The notes under the pieces: model-generated
Database searches by the model: none
What the model was told of the DNA's origin: nothing
What the model saw: the letters and a program-made list of their open reading frames with translations, nothing else
Shown here: piece after piece, positions 18,757 to 28,214 of the stretch
Numbering within the stretch: position 1 is the first letter of the stretch
Layout of the letters: each line of letters starts with the position of its first letter
Assembly: GCA_938084645.1 (NCBI GenBank)
Contig: CALKEP010000015.1
Coordinates: forward strand, 1-64,000
DNA length: 64,000 nucleotides
DNA from: an uncultured Phycisphaerales bacterium
Lineage (GTDB): Bacteria; Planctomycetota; Phycisphaerae; Phycisphaerales; SM1A02
Reading direction: 5' to 3'
Position numbers and translations under genes: made by a program

Positions 18757-20934
18757 ATGATCCCGTCCTTGATTCTCCCGGCCGTGCTCATGACCGCCCC
18801 GCCACCCAACGCCGTCGCCCCGCCACCGGCACTGCTGCCGTTGCCGAGCGATCGCCAGCTCGCCTGGCACGACCGCGGGACATACGCCTTCGTCCACTTC
18901 AACATGAACACGTTCACCGACGTGGAGTGGGGCCATGGAGACGAGGACCCCACGACGTTCCTCCCGACCGCCCTCGACACCGACCAGTGGTGCCGGGTGT
19001 TCAAGGACGCGGGGATGACCGGCGTCATCATCACCGCGAAGCATCACGACGGGTTCTGCCTCTGGCCGAGCGACCACACCGACCACGACGTCGAATCGTC
19101 GGACTGGCGCGACGGCGAAGGCGACGTGCTGGCCGACCTCTCCGCGAGTTGTCGGCGATTCGGGCTCGACTTCGGCGTCTATCTCTCGCCCTGGGATCGG
19201 AATCATCCGCTCTACGGCTCCGGTGAGGCGTACAACGAGTTCTTCGCGAACCAGCTTCGCGAGGTTCTCACCCGCTACGGTCCGGTGTTCGAAGTCTGGT
19301 TCGACGGCGCGAACGGCGAGGGCCCGGACGGCAGTCGGCAGGTCTACGACTTCCCGATGTTCCACGAGGTCGTCCGCGAGCTCCAGCCCGACGCCTGCAT
19401 CTTCAGCGACGCCGGTCCGGACGTCCGGTGGATCGGCAACGAGCGGGGGATCGTGGGCGAGACGAATTGGAATCTGATGCGACGGGACGAGTTCTACCCC
19501 GGCATTCCGGGACGGAACCGCGAGCTGAACGAAGGACAGGAGAACGGGACGCACTGGCTTCCCGGCGAAGCGGACGTCTCGATCCGACCCGGCTGGTACT
19601 ACCACGCCTCCCAGGACGATCGCGTCAAGGACCTCGATCAGCTGATGGAGATCTGGTACGGATCGATCGGACGCGGCGCGAACCTGCTTCTGAACTTCCC
19701 CGTCGATCGTCGCGGGCTCGTGCACGAGAACGACGCGGCCGCGGTGCGTGAGCTTCACCGCGCCGTCCGGGACATCACCGCCGTGGATCTCGCACGTGCC
19801 CGGCCCGCCACCAGCGACCAGACCCGCGGTGGCGACGAGGGACCCTTCACGGCGGCGAACACCACCGATGGCGATCCGACGACCTACTGGGCGGCGACGG
19901 ACGGATCGGAGACCGGCACGATCGAGATCGCGCTCGAACGCCCCAGCCCGGTGGATCACGTCTCGATCGCCGAGTTCCTGCCGCTCGGTCAACGGATCCG
20001 ATCCTTCAGCGTCCAATGTCGAACCGTCGACGGATGGACCACGGTCGCCCGCGGCACCACCGTCGGCAATCGACGGTTCGTTCGATTCCCGGCGGTGATG
20101 GCGAATCGCGTGCGGGTCGTCGTCGAGGATGCCCGGGCGAGCCCCACGATCCGGGAGATCACGGTGCACTCCGGGCCACCGCGGGTCGAGATCGCCGCGG
20201 AGGAACGCGCCTTCATCGACTCCACCGAGGTGTACCTCGCCGCGGACCGCGATCACGCCCGAATCCACTACACGCTCGACGGCAGCGAACCGACCCGGGA
20301 GTCGACGCGACATCCCGGCGGACCGATCCACCTCGATCACGATGCCCATCTCCGGGTCGCGGCGTGGGAGGGTGATCGACGAAGCCTGTCCGACGCCGAG
20401 ATGATCTTCACACGCTTCGATCCCGAATCACTCGCCCCCGCGACGCACCCGGTCGAATGGAGGGGATCCCGGCCCGGCGTGCTCGACGTCTCGTGTTTCG
20501 AAGGCGGTTGGCAGAGTCTCCACGATCTCGCGGGCCGGACGCCCGTTCGAAGGGCGACCGTCGATCGCATCTCGATCGAGCCGCGAACCCGCGATGAACA
20601 CGCGTGTCTCGTGTTCGAGGGATTCCTGCGGATTCGAACCTCCGGCGTCTACGACTTCCACCTCGCGAGCGATGATGGAAGCCGGCTCCTCGTCGGCGGC
20701 GGCGAGAACCCCGCCGGCATCGACCATGACGGTCTTCATGGTGTCATCGAGAAATCGGCTTCGATCCCCCTCGCGGCCGGCTGGCACCCGTTCCGCCTCG
20801 AGTGGTTCAACGCCACCGGAGACGCCGCACTCTCGCTTGAATTCGAAGGCCCCGGGGTCCCGCGCCGGGCGCTTCGTTCCGCCGATCTCGCCAGTGACGA
20901 CGACACTGCGTCATCCGCCACACCTGCACCATGA
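18757..20934 (+). CDS. Alpha-L-fucosidase GH29 with CBM32/F5-8, Fn3-like and PA14 domains
   Basis: 'AKHHDGFCLW', 'YLSPWD', 'VWFDGA', 'SIRPGWYY', 'HYTLDGSEP', 'LASDDGSRL'. Confidence 0.92.
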   Translation: MIPSLILPAVLMTAPPPNAVAPPPALLPLPSDRQLAWHDRGTYAFVHFNMNTFTDVEWGHGDEDPTTFLPTALDTDQWCRVFKDAGMTGVIITAKHHDGFCLWPSDHTDHDVESSDWRDGEGDVLADLSASCRRFGLDFGVYLSPWDRNHPLYGSGEAYNEFFANQLREVLTRYGPVFEVWFDGANGEGPDGSRQVYDFPMFHEVVRELQPDACIFSDAGPDVRWIGNERGIVGETNWNLMRRDEFYPGIPGRNRELNEGQENGTHWLPGEADVSIRPGWYYHASQDDRVKDLDQLMEIWYGSIGRGANLLLNFPVDRRGLVHENDAAAVRELHRAVRDITAVDLARARPATSDQTRGGDEGPFTAANTTDGDPTTYWAATDGSETGTIEIALERPSPVDHVSIAEFLPLGQRIRSFSVQCRTVDGWTTVARGTTVGNRRFVRFPAVMANRVRVVVEDARASPTIREITVHSGPPRVEIAAEERAFIDSTEVYLAADRDHARIHYTLDGSEPTRESTRHPGGPIHLDHDAHLRVAAWEGDRRSLSDAEMIFTRFDPESLAPATHPVEWRGSRPGVLDVSCFEGGWQSLHDLAGRTPVRRATVDRISIEPRTRDEHACLVFEGFLRIRTSGVYDFHLASDDGSRLLVGGGENPAGIDHDGLHGVIEKSASIPLAAGWHPFRLEWFNATGDAALSLEFEGPGVPRRALRSADLASDDDTASSATPAP

Positions 20935-21491
20935 GTGATCGCGAACCGATTCGAAAACCGCGCAAGCGTGACGATCGTCCGCCCAAGGACCGACCGAATC
21001 CGGTGCGACTGAATCCACCGCCGCCGTCCGAGCGCCACCTGCTCGCCGTGGACCTGGGCCTCCGCACCGGCCTCGCGATCTACGGCCCCGACGGTCGACT
21101 GGTGTCCTATCGATCGAAGCACTTCGCGAAGACCGCCGAACTCCGTCGCGGTGTCGGGACGATCCTGCGGGACACCCCGCCACTCGCCTGGATCTGGCTG
21201 GAGGGCGGCGGGGATCTCGCCACCGTGTGGGAGAAGCGGGCCGCGCATCTCGGAATCGACTTCCGACAACTCCAGGCCCACGACTGGCGACCCACACTGA
21301 TGCTTCCGCGACAGCAGCGGAGCGGTGAGATCGCGAAGCGGGAGGCCGACGGGTTGGCCCGCCGCGTGATCGAATGGAGCGGGATCGGCCGTCCCAAGGG
21401 GGAACTCCGACACGACACCGCCGAGGCGATCCTGATCGGCCTGCACGGAGCGATCTCGGTCGGGCTGCTTCAGGACCTGCCGCCCATCTGA
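20931..21491 (+). CDS. RNase H-fold (RuvC-like) hypothetical protein
   Basis: 'LLAVDLGLRTGLA', 'WLEGG', 'HDTAEAILIG'; ATGA overlap with the GH29 gene. Confidence 0.65.
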   Translation: MSDREPIRKPRKRDDRPPKDRPNPVRLNPPPPSERHLLAVDLGLRTGLAIYGPDGRLVSYRSKHFAKTAELRRGVGTILRDTPPLAWIWLEGGGDLATVWEKRAAHLGIDFRQLQAHDWRPTLMLPRQQRSGEIAKREADGLARRVIEWSGIGRPKGELRHDTAEAILIGLHGAISVGLLQDLPPI

Positions 21492-21568
21492 ACCGATCCG
21501 ACGACGCGTCTTGCCGGACCGATAGACTGCGGATCGACTTTCGCAGGAAACCCGAAGAGGCGAGGCCC

Positions 21569-22882
21569 ATGACGACCGAAGCATTCCCCGACGTCCAGAA
21601 GATCACCTATCAAGGACTCGACGGCGACCGACCGCTCGGATTCCGGCGATACGACCCCGATCGAATGATCGCCGGAAAGTCGATGCGCGATCATCTTCGA
21701 TTCGCGAGCTGCTACTGGCACACCATGCGGAATCCGCTCGCGGATCCGTTCGGGCTCGGCACCTCCCAGACTCCCTGGGACGACGGGACGCCCTCCGTCG
21801 AAAACGCCTGCCGACGTGTCGGGGTCTTCTTCGAATTCCTCGAGAAGATCGACATCGACTTCTTCTGCTTCCACGATCGGGACATCGCCCCCGAAGGGGA
21901 CGACGTCGCCGAGAGCGAACGCAACCTCGAGACCGTGGTCGACCGCATCGAAGCCGAGATGAAGTCGAGCGGTCGTCGTCTGCTCTGGGGAACCGCGTGT
22001 CTCTTCACCCACCAGCGGTACGCCTCGGGTGCGGGCACCAGCCCGCTCGTCGACGTCTACTGCCACGCCGCGGCCCAGATCAAGGCGGCGCTGGAAGCGA
22101 CTCATCGGCTCGGCGGCGAGGGCTACGTCTTCTGGGGAGGGCGCGAAGGCTACGGGTCGCTCATCAACACCGACATGAAGCGGGAACGTCGCAACCTCGC
22201 CAGGCTCCTCCACATGGCGGTCGATCACAAGCATCGGATCGGTTTCAAGGGTCAGTTCTACATCGAACCCAAGCCGAAGGAACCGACCACCCACCAGTAC
22301 GACGCCGACGCCGCGACGTGTCTCAACTTCCTCCGCGAATTCGACCTCCTCGACCACTTCAAACTGAACATCGAGACCAATCACGCCTGGCTCGCCGGTC
22401 ACACCATGGAGCACGAGCTCGAAACCGCCATGGACGCGGGCGCCCTCGGCTCGATCGATGCGAACATGGGGGTCTGGACCAACGGCTGGGACACCGACAA
22501 CTTCCCGACCGATCCGATCCTCGGCGCCCAGATCATGCGATGCGTGCTGAAGATGGGGGGGTTCACGACCGGTGGCCTCAACTTCGACGCCAAGCGGCGT
22601 CGCGAGAGTTTCCAGCCGATCGACCTCTTCCACAGTCACGTCGCCGGCATGGACGCGATGGCCCATGGTCTGGAGATCGCCGCGAAGATCGAGGCCGATG
22701 GCGGGATCGACCGGTTCATCGAAACGAGATACGCGTCCTGGGACGGCGAACTCGGCCGTCTGATCGCCGAGGGCGGCTCGAGCCTGTCGGAACTCCGCGA
22801 TCTCGCGGCGGCGGGCGGCGAACCCACCCTTCCCAGCGGACGGCAGGAGATGCTGGAAGGCATGTTCAACCGATTCCTGTGA
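21569..22882 (+). CDS. xylA: Xylose isomerase (class II)
   Basis: 'FHDRDIAP', 'WGGREGY', 'IEPKPKEPT', 'NIETNH', 'GWDTD'. Confidence 0.95.
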   Translation: MTTEAFPDVQKITYQGLDGDRPLGFRRYDPDRMIAGKSMRDHLRFASCYWHTMRNPLADPFGLGTSQTPWDDGTPSVENACRRVGVFFEFLEKIDIDFFCFHDRDIAPEGDDVAESERNLETVVDRIEAEMKSSGRRLLWGTACLFTHQRYASGAGTSPLVDVYCHAAAQIKAALEATHRLGGEGYVFWGGREGYGSLINTDMKRERRNLARLLHMAVDHKHRIGFKGQFYIEPKPKEPTTHQYDADAATCLNFLREFDLLDHFKLNIETNHAWLAGHTMEHELETAMDAGALGSIDANMGVWTNGWDTDNFPTDPILGAQIMRCVLKMGGFTTGGLNFDAKRRRESFQPIDLFHSHVAGMDAMAHGLEIAAKIEADGGIDRFIETRYASWDGELGRLIAEGGSSLSELRDLAAAGGEPTLPSGRQEMLEGMFNRFL

Positions 22883-22916
22883 TCCCGGAAGTCGATTCGC
22901 CGATGTAGGTGGAACG

Positions 22917-23597
22917 ATGAACGCCCTCCAGCGACTTCTCCTCCCTGTGCTCGCGGTCTGCACGATCTTCGTGGTCGGATCGGCGAATGCCGCTCGTCGC
23001 GAGGTTCCCCTCCTCACGCCACAGCAGTTGCTCGACATGTCGACGGACGTGGTCCTCGCCCGGGTGCTTCCCGAAGTGCGGATCGAGGAATCGCGGACCG
23101 ACGGTTGGTCACGACGCGACTTCACCTTCCCCCTTCTCGTGGAAGACGTCGAGAAGGGTGATGCGAAGCGGGGTGATCGAATAGAAGTGACGGCCTGGCA
23201 CCGCGAGTGGGTGGGACTCGGCGATCCGCCGCCCTCCAGCGCCGGGCATCTTCCGTTGCCGCTCGCGGGCGAGGTCGCCCGATTCCATCTCCGACGAACC
23301 GACGAAGGCGTGCTCGAGGTCGTGCTCCCGAACGGGGTCGAACTCGCCACCAGCGCGGATCCGCTGGATCCCGTTCGGTACGGCGACGCTCCCCGCGTCG
23401 AACCCGACGGGAGCGACGCTTCCGACGACACGGCGGCGAAGACACCCGTCGATCCCTTCGGCTGGGACGTCATCCTGATCCTGCTCGCGCTTCCGGTCCT
23501 GGTCGGATCACTGAAGCAGCCCGGGAAGGCCCGATGGATCCTCCTCACCGTCTCGCTCGCGATGTTCCTGGGCGCCGCCTTGATCGCGATCGCCTGA
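22917..23597 (+). CDS. Exported hypothetical protein with two C-terminal TM helices
   Basis: Signal peptide ending 'ANA'; two hydrophobic helices at the C-terminus. Confidence 0.7.
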   Translation: MNALQRLLLPVLAVCTIFVVGSANAARREVPLLTPQQLLDMSTDVVLARVLPEVRIEESRTDGWSRRDFTFPLLVEDVEKGDAKRGDRIEVTAWHREWVGLGDPPPSSAGHLPLPLAGEVARFHLRRTDEGVLEVVLPNGVELATSADPLDPVRYGDAPRVEPDGSDASDDTAAKTPVDPFGWDVILILLALPVLVGSLKQPGKARWILLTVSLAMFLGAALIAIA

Positions 23598-23756
23598 GCC
23601 ATACGATGAGGAACCGGTGATCTGGTACGCCCAGCCGGGTACGCCCGCCGAACATCCGCATCGAACGTGAGGGCCTCCGGACCCTCTCCCGCCGCGTGCA
23701 ACCATCGTCGTTCGAGCGAGGACGGCTCCGCTTCCAGCCTTCAGGGAAACAGCATC

Positions 23757-24200
23757 ATGTACAAGTTCGTCGCCCCGACCCTCATCCTCGCCAGCCTGCT
23801 CGCCGGTTGCTCGGCGTCGCAACCGCCCGGGGCCGACCTTCCCTGGCGCTCCGACGCCTCCATCAACGTCGGCGAGTATCGACTCGCGGCTCGTGGCACC
23901 ATGACGGCGGAAGACGTGGTGAGCGTCGAGCTCCGGTTCGTTCGAGTCGGTGATCCGTCACGAATCATCGCGGCGCCCAGCATGCTGGTCCGAACCGGCG
24001 AGACGGGAGAGGTGATGGTCGACGATGGCTCCACCGGCGTCTCGGCCCTCGTGAAGACCGGCCTTTCGGGGTCGAAGGTGATGATCGAGATCGATGCGAC
24101 CATCGTCGAGAACGGGATCACACGAAGCCAGCCTCGGATCCGGTTCGCGATCGACCCCTCGTCAGCCGAACCCGCGATGGCCTCTAACCCAGCCTCCTGA
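23757..24200 (+). CDS. Hypothetical lipoprotein
   Basis: 'MYKFVAPTLILASLLAGC' lipobox; beta-rich body. Confidence 0.7.
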   Translation: MYKFVAPTLILASLLAGCSASQPPGADLPWRSDASINVGEYRLAARGTMTAEDVVSVELRFVRVGDPSRIIAAPSMLVRTGETGEVMVDDGSTGVSALVKTGLSGSKVMIEIDATIVENGITRSQPRIRFAIDPSSAEPAMASNPAS

Positions 24201-24233
24201 TCGCGAGCGCAGTCCACGACCCTCCGAAGTCGA

Positions 24234-24279
24234 ATGAAGACGCCCTTCCTGCTCGACGAGCGGAAAGGGCGTCTCTCAT
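24234..24279. terminator. Hairpin between convergent genes (probable terminator)
   Basis: GACGCCCTTCC..GCTC pairs imperfectly with GAGC.GGAAAGGGCGTC. Confidence 0.45.
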
Positions 24280-24305
24280 GGAGGAGCCTGTGGCTTCGAC
24301 CGGCC

Positions 24306-27300
24306 TCACGCGCCGGACGAGGGCGTCGCCCGCCGAACCGATTCCAGTGCGGCCAGATCGAGGAGTCGATCGACCGGAATCCGCCCGACGATGATCCCAC
24401 GTCGCGGGTCGCTTCCCTCGATGCGAAGCCCGACCGATTCAAGCGACGCCCGAACGGGGGTGGTGATCGGCGCGTCGACCAGCAGCGAGATCTCCACGGT
24501 GCCCGCGTCGAGCCAGGGTCGGCCATCGACCCCGATCCGGGGGAGTCCCGCGACCTCGTCGGGTTCGACCCCGAAGGCGAGGAGCAGAAGACGTCGATCG
24601 AGTCTTCGCCAGATGCCTTCGAAATCATCCCGCCGATCCGGTGTTTCGATCTCGTCGATCTCCTCGATCTCCTCGACCGCCTGGACCACGGCGTCCGCCG
24701 AACCGACCATGGAGACGTCTTGATCGTCGGACTCCTCCATGCCCGCGGCTTCGAACGAGCCCGCGGCTTCGAACGAGCCCGCGACCGCATCGGGCGGAAT
24801 CACCGAACCCTCTTGAGCGAGACCGAGATCGCTCGAGGCACCGCTCGCGAAGCCACCACCGCCGCCACCGCGGGTGGGACGTGCGTTCGGAGGTGCCGGC
24901 GCACCCCTTGATCCGCCACGCCCGCGTGATCTCGTCGCCACCTTGCCCGTCGGCTGGTTGCGACCCGCACCGAACGACGAAGGCGGAGGCGGCATGAAGG
25001 CGCGCTTCTTCACGGACACCGGCGAACCCAGCGACAGGGTGGTGCCCTCGCGGTCGTTCCGGGAATCCTCTTCCGCATACCAGTTCCGATCCGGGGCCCA
25101 GTGACCAGCATCGACGAAACCGAGATCGATCCCGCGTTCGCGGACGACCGAAGGACAGTCGGGACCGAAGAACCCCTCCCAGTCGGTGCCCTCGGGCAGC
25201 TCGACGGGCACGGTGACCAGCATCCGACGACCACCGACCACGACCCTGGTCTTCTCCACCGCCACGAAGCTGGTGAACGGCGTGAGCAGCGCGTAGTCTT
25301 CGCCGAGTCGGACGACCTCCGCCTTGATCGCCGGCGGCGTGGCACCCTGTTCCACCGCTTCGAGATGCGGCGCGAGGACTTCGTCCACCTTGGCTCGCGC
25401 CCACAACGTCGCGATCGAGGCATGCTCGGGCGCGTTGGCCGAGAATCGAACCGGTACCCGTCGCTCGTAGCGACCCGCGCCGGTGTTCCCGGTGATCACC
25501 ACGGTTCCTTCGATCGCACCGCTCGCCGGGGCGTCGTACCTCGCGTGAACGAGGATCGGTTGCGCGTCGAAGAGATCCGGGAGGAGGCCGGCAGGATTCT
25601 TCGGAAGGATGTCGAAGGCCTCGACGCCTTCGATCGCGACCTCGATGTCGGTGAGCACCGGGGTCGCGATCCGCGCCGAGAGACGTTCGACGATCTCGTC
25701 CGCGCCGTCGGCGAGAAGCACGTAGTCCGCGGCGCCACGACCTTCGCGGGCGAGCGAATCGAGCAGGTATCGATTGACACTGTTGCCGACGCCGAGCGCG
25801 AAGACCCGGGTGGACCGAGCGTTGTCGCGCACCGCCTGGATGATGCCGCGGTCGTTCCCCACGTAGCCATCGGTCAGGAACATCACGATCCGCATCGGGG
25901 GCGTCATGGTTCGTTCCACGAAGCCGGCCTGAGCGATCTCGAAGCGGCGTTCCCCGTTCAGGGTCAGCCAGCGACCGAGCAGTTCGACGTCGGGGTCCTG
26001 GTCCTTCATGGTCGGAAGCGAGACCGACATCGACAGCGGGAGACGAAGACCCTCCCGGACCACGAGCCAGGTCCGTCCGCCGTCCACCACGATGGAGGAA
26101 TAGGGCACCGCCACCGAGACCATCCGCCCGTCCGCCGGGAGATTCGCGAGACCTGCCGCATCCGGCATCGCGTTCGCATCGCCCTGGACGAGCGCCTGAT
26201 TGATCGCCTGCATCATCTCGGTGCCGCCACCACCCGCGAGACCGTCCACGAAGTTCCGCGCGAGCTCGCGATTCTCTTCGGTCGCCGGTCGGGGTTCGGG
26301 CCAGAGGATCCGGGTCTTCCCCGCGAACGTGATCAGATTGAAGGTGTCGTTCGCCCGCATGCCCTCGATCGCCTTCGCGACCACGGCCTTCGACTTCTCG
26401 AGCGGGAAACCCCGCATCGAGCCCGAGGTGTCGAGCACGAAGACGAGCTCCCGCGGTCGAACGTCCTCGTCGACGATGCGAGCCGGGGGTGCGAGCACCA
26501 TCGTGAGATATCCGCCCGAGACGCCGGCGACGTCCGATCCCGCAAGGGGAGCATCCGCGTTGGTCGCCACATGGGTGAAGATGCTCTCCGTGATCGCGTC
26601 GTCCTGAAGTCGCCATCGCAGGACGAAGTCGCGATTCGGGATCGTGTCACGGCGGGCGAGGGAGACGTCGACGCGACCGACGCCCTCCGTCCGCTCGAGG
26701 ATCTCGTGCAACGGCGCCTCGATCGAGGCGATCGGCACGCCGCCGGTGTCGAGGCGGACGTCGATCGAGATGTCGTGACCGGCCCGTCGGTCCGGACGCA
26801 CCGGCATCGGGGTGATCCGACTCGCATCCGGAACCTGGTCGGTGTTCTCGGCGAAGCCGTCGCCCGCCGCCGACGACTCGGGAAGCCGCCACACGAACCA
26901 CCGCCCGCCGATCTCGCCGAAGCCGTTCTCATAGAGGGTGAATGACTCCGGCACGAAGAACAGGTCCTTGTCCACGGCACCTTCACCCTGATCCTGCGGG
27001 GCGTCGTACATCACGGTCCCATCGACCGCCACCGGCATCGCGTCGGTGGAAGACGCCGCCCCGGTTCCCGCGACCGCAGGGCGATCGATTCGGACGCCGG
27101 TGGTCAGGGCCTGGAAGATCCGGTCGGCGGTCCAGACCCGGACGACCGCGGGATCGAAGCGATCGGGGGCCTCGGCGACCTTGCGTCGCATCCAGGTCTC
27201 GAACGTCAAGGCATCGAAGCCGCCCGGGCGCTGGAGAAACTCGTTCCAGTGCGCCGGGTCGCCGTTTGGAACGACGGCGCACGGGCCACGGAGAATGATG

Positions 27301-28214
27301 CCACGACGAACCATCACGTCGGGCGGCAACTCGGGTGACACCGCGGACGGGGATCCGGGGATGTAGCGAGGTCCGACCACCGTCGGGAATTCGAACGCAT
27401 ATTCGCCGTCACGGGCGCGAACCACCTCGAGATAGCCGATCTCGATGGTGACGGTCGCGCCCGCCTCGATGTTCGCCACCGACTGGGTGAAGATGTTCGG
27501 TCGTTCCTGTTCGAGCAGGCTCGCGATGTTTCCCGCGTCCTTGGCCTGCTCGTAGATCATGCGAGCCAGCTCACGTTCCTTGATCTCACCCTCGACGATC
27601 CGCTCCTCGCCATCCCGATCGACGATGGTCATCTTCATTCGATGCACCGCCGCTCGGTCCGACATCGGGAAGGTGTAGACCGCCTCGATCGGCATGTCGT
27701 AGGTGTTCGAATATCGCTGGGTGAGCGACACCGAGACGATCGGTCCGCTGATGTCGACCGCGACGTCGGTCCCTTCCAGGGGGCAGGGGCCGATCAGTTC
27801 GCCGTTCGGCGCGAAGGCTTCGAGTCGTCCACCTTCCGGAACCTGCACGACGCCGGCCATCGCGGCGTTCCGGTCGGGTTCCACCGCGAGGATCGCGAGG
27901 AAGGCCACGATCGCGAGCAGGGCCGCCACCGCGAGACCGCTTCCACTGAAGAGGTGGGAGCCGCCGAGCGGGCGGCCGGGCGACCGGCGTCGCTTCGGGC
28001 CGGCGGTCGGACGTCTTCGCTCCGACGCCGAATCGATGCGGGCGACCGGGGCGGTCTCGGAAGCGACCGCTTCGAGCATCCGGTCGCGTCCCGCCCGCGC
28101 GGACGCGGCGTTCTCGTCGTGCCATTCGCGGAGCAGGCGATCGACGCCGGCGTCGTCGGCACCGCCGCCATCGCGGGCGTCGGGTGATCGGTGGATTCTG
28201 TTGAAGTCGTTCAT
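24306..28214 (-). CDS. Membrane-anchored VIT + von Willebrand A domain protein
   Basis: VIT 'IEAVYTFPM...LLEQERPNIFTQSVANI'; MIDAS 'DTSGSM', 'GGGTE', 'LTDG'; N-terminal TM. Start at 28214 overlaps the sigma-factor stop. Confidence 0.88.
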   Translation of the reverse strand: MNDFNRIHRSPDARDGGGADDAGVDRLLREWHDENAASARAGRDRMLEAVASETAPVARIDSASERRRPTAGPKRRRSPGRPLGGSHLFSGSGLAVAALLAIVAFLAILAVEPDRNAAMAGVVQVPEGGRLEAFAPNGELIGPCPLEGTDVAVDISGPIVSVSLTQRYSNTYDMPIEAVYTFPMSDRAAVHRMKMTIVDRDGEERIVEGEIKERELARMIYEQAKDAGNIASLLEQERPNIFTQSVANIEAGATVTIEIGYLEVVRARDGEYAFEFPTVVGPRYIPGSPSAVSPELPPDVMVRRGIILRGPCAVVPNGDPAHWNEFLQRPGGFDALTFETWMRRKVAEAPDRFDPAVVRVWTADRIFQALTTGVRIDRPAVAGTGAASSTDAMPVAVDGTVMYDAPQDQGEGAVDKDLFFVPESFTLYENGFGEIGGRWFVWRLPESSAAGDGFAENTDQVPDASRITPMPVRPDRRAGHDISIDVRLDTGGVPIASIEAPLHEILERTEGVGRVDVSLARRDTIPNRDFVLRWRLQDDAITESIFTHVATNADAPLAGSDVAGVSGGYLTMVLAPPARIVDEDVRPRELVFVLDTSGSMRGFPLEKSKAVVAKAIEGMRANDTFNLITFAGKTRILWPEPRPATEENRELARNFVDGLAGGGGTEMMQAINQALVQGDANAMPDAAGLANLPADGRMVSVAVPYSSIVVDGGRTWLVVREGLRLPLSMSVSLPTMKDQDPDVELLGRWLTLNGERRFEIAQAGFVERTMTPPMRIVMFLTDGYVGNDRGIIQAVRDNARSTRVFALGVGNSVNRYLLDSLAREGRGAADYVLLADGADEIVERLSARIATPVLTDIEVAIEGVEAFDILPKNPAGLLPDLFDAQPILVHARYDAPASGAIEGTVVITGNTGAGRYERRVPVRFSANAPEHASIATLWARAKVDEVLAPHLEAVEQGATPPAIKAEVVRLGEDYALLTPFTSFVAVEKTRVVVGGRRMLVTVPVELPEGTDWEGFFGPDCPSVVRERGIDLGFVDAGHWAPDRNWYAEEDSRNDREGTTLSLGSPVSVKKRAFMPPPPSSFGAGRNQPTGKVATRSRGRGGSRGAPAPPNARPTRGGGGGGFASGASSDLGLAQEGSVIPPDAVAGSFEAAGSFEAAGMEESDDQDVSMVGSADAVVQAVEEIEEIDEIETPDRRDDFEGIWRRLDRRLLLLAFGVEPDEVAGLPRIGVDGRPWLDAGTVEISLLVDAPITTPVRASLESVGLRIEGSDPRRGIIVGRIPVDRLLDLAALESVRRATPSSGA
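24741..24783. repeat. In-frame 18-bp tandem repeat (about 2.4 copies)
   Basis: GCCCGCGGCTTCGAACGA twice plus GCCCGCG; encodes AGSFEA-AGSFEA-AG. Confidence 0.8.
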
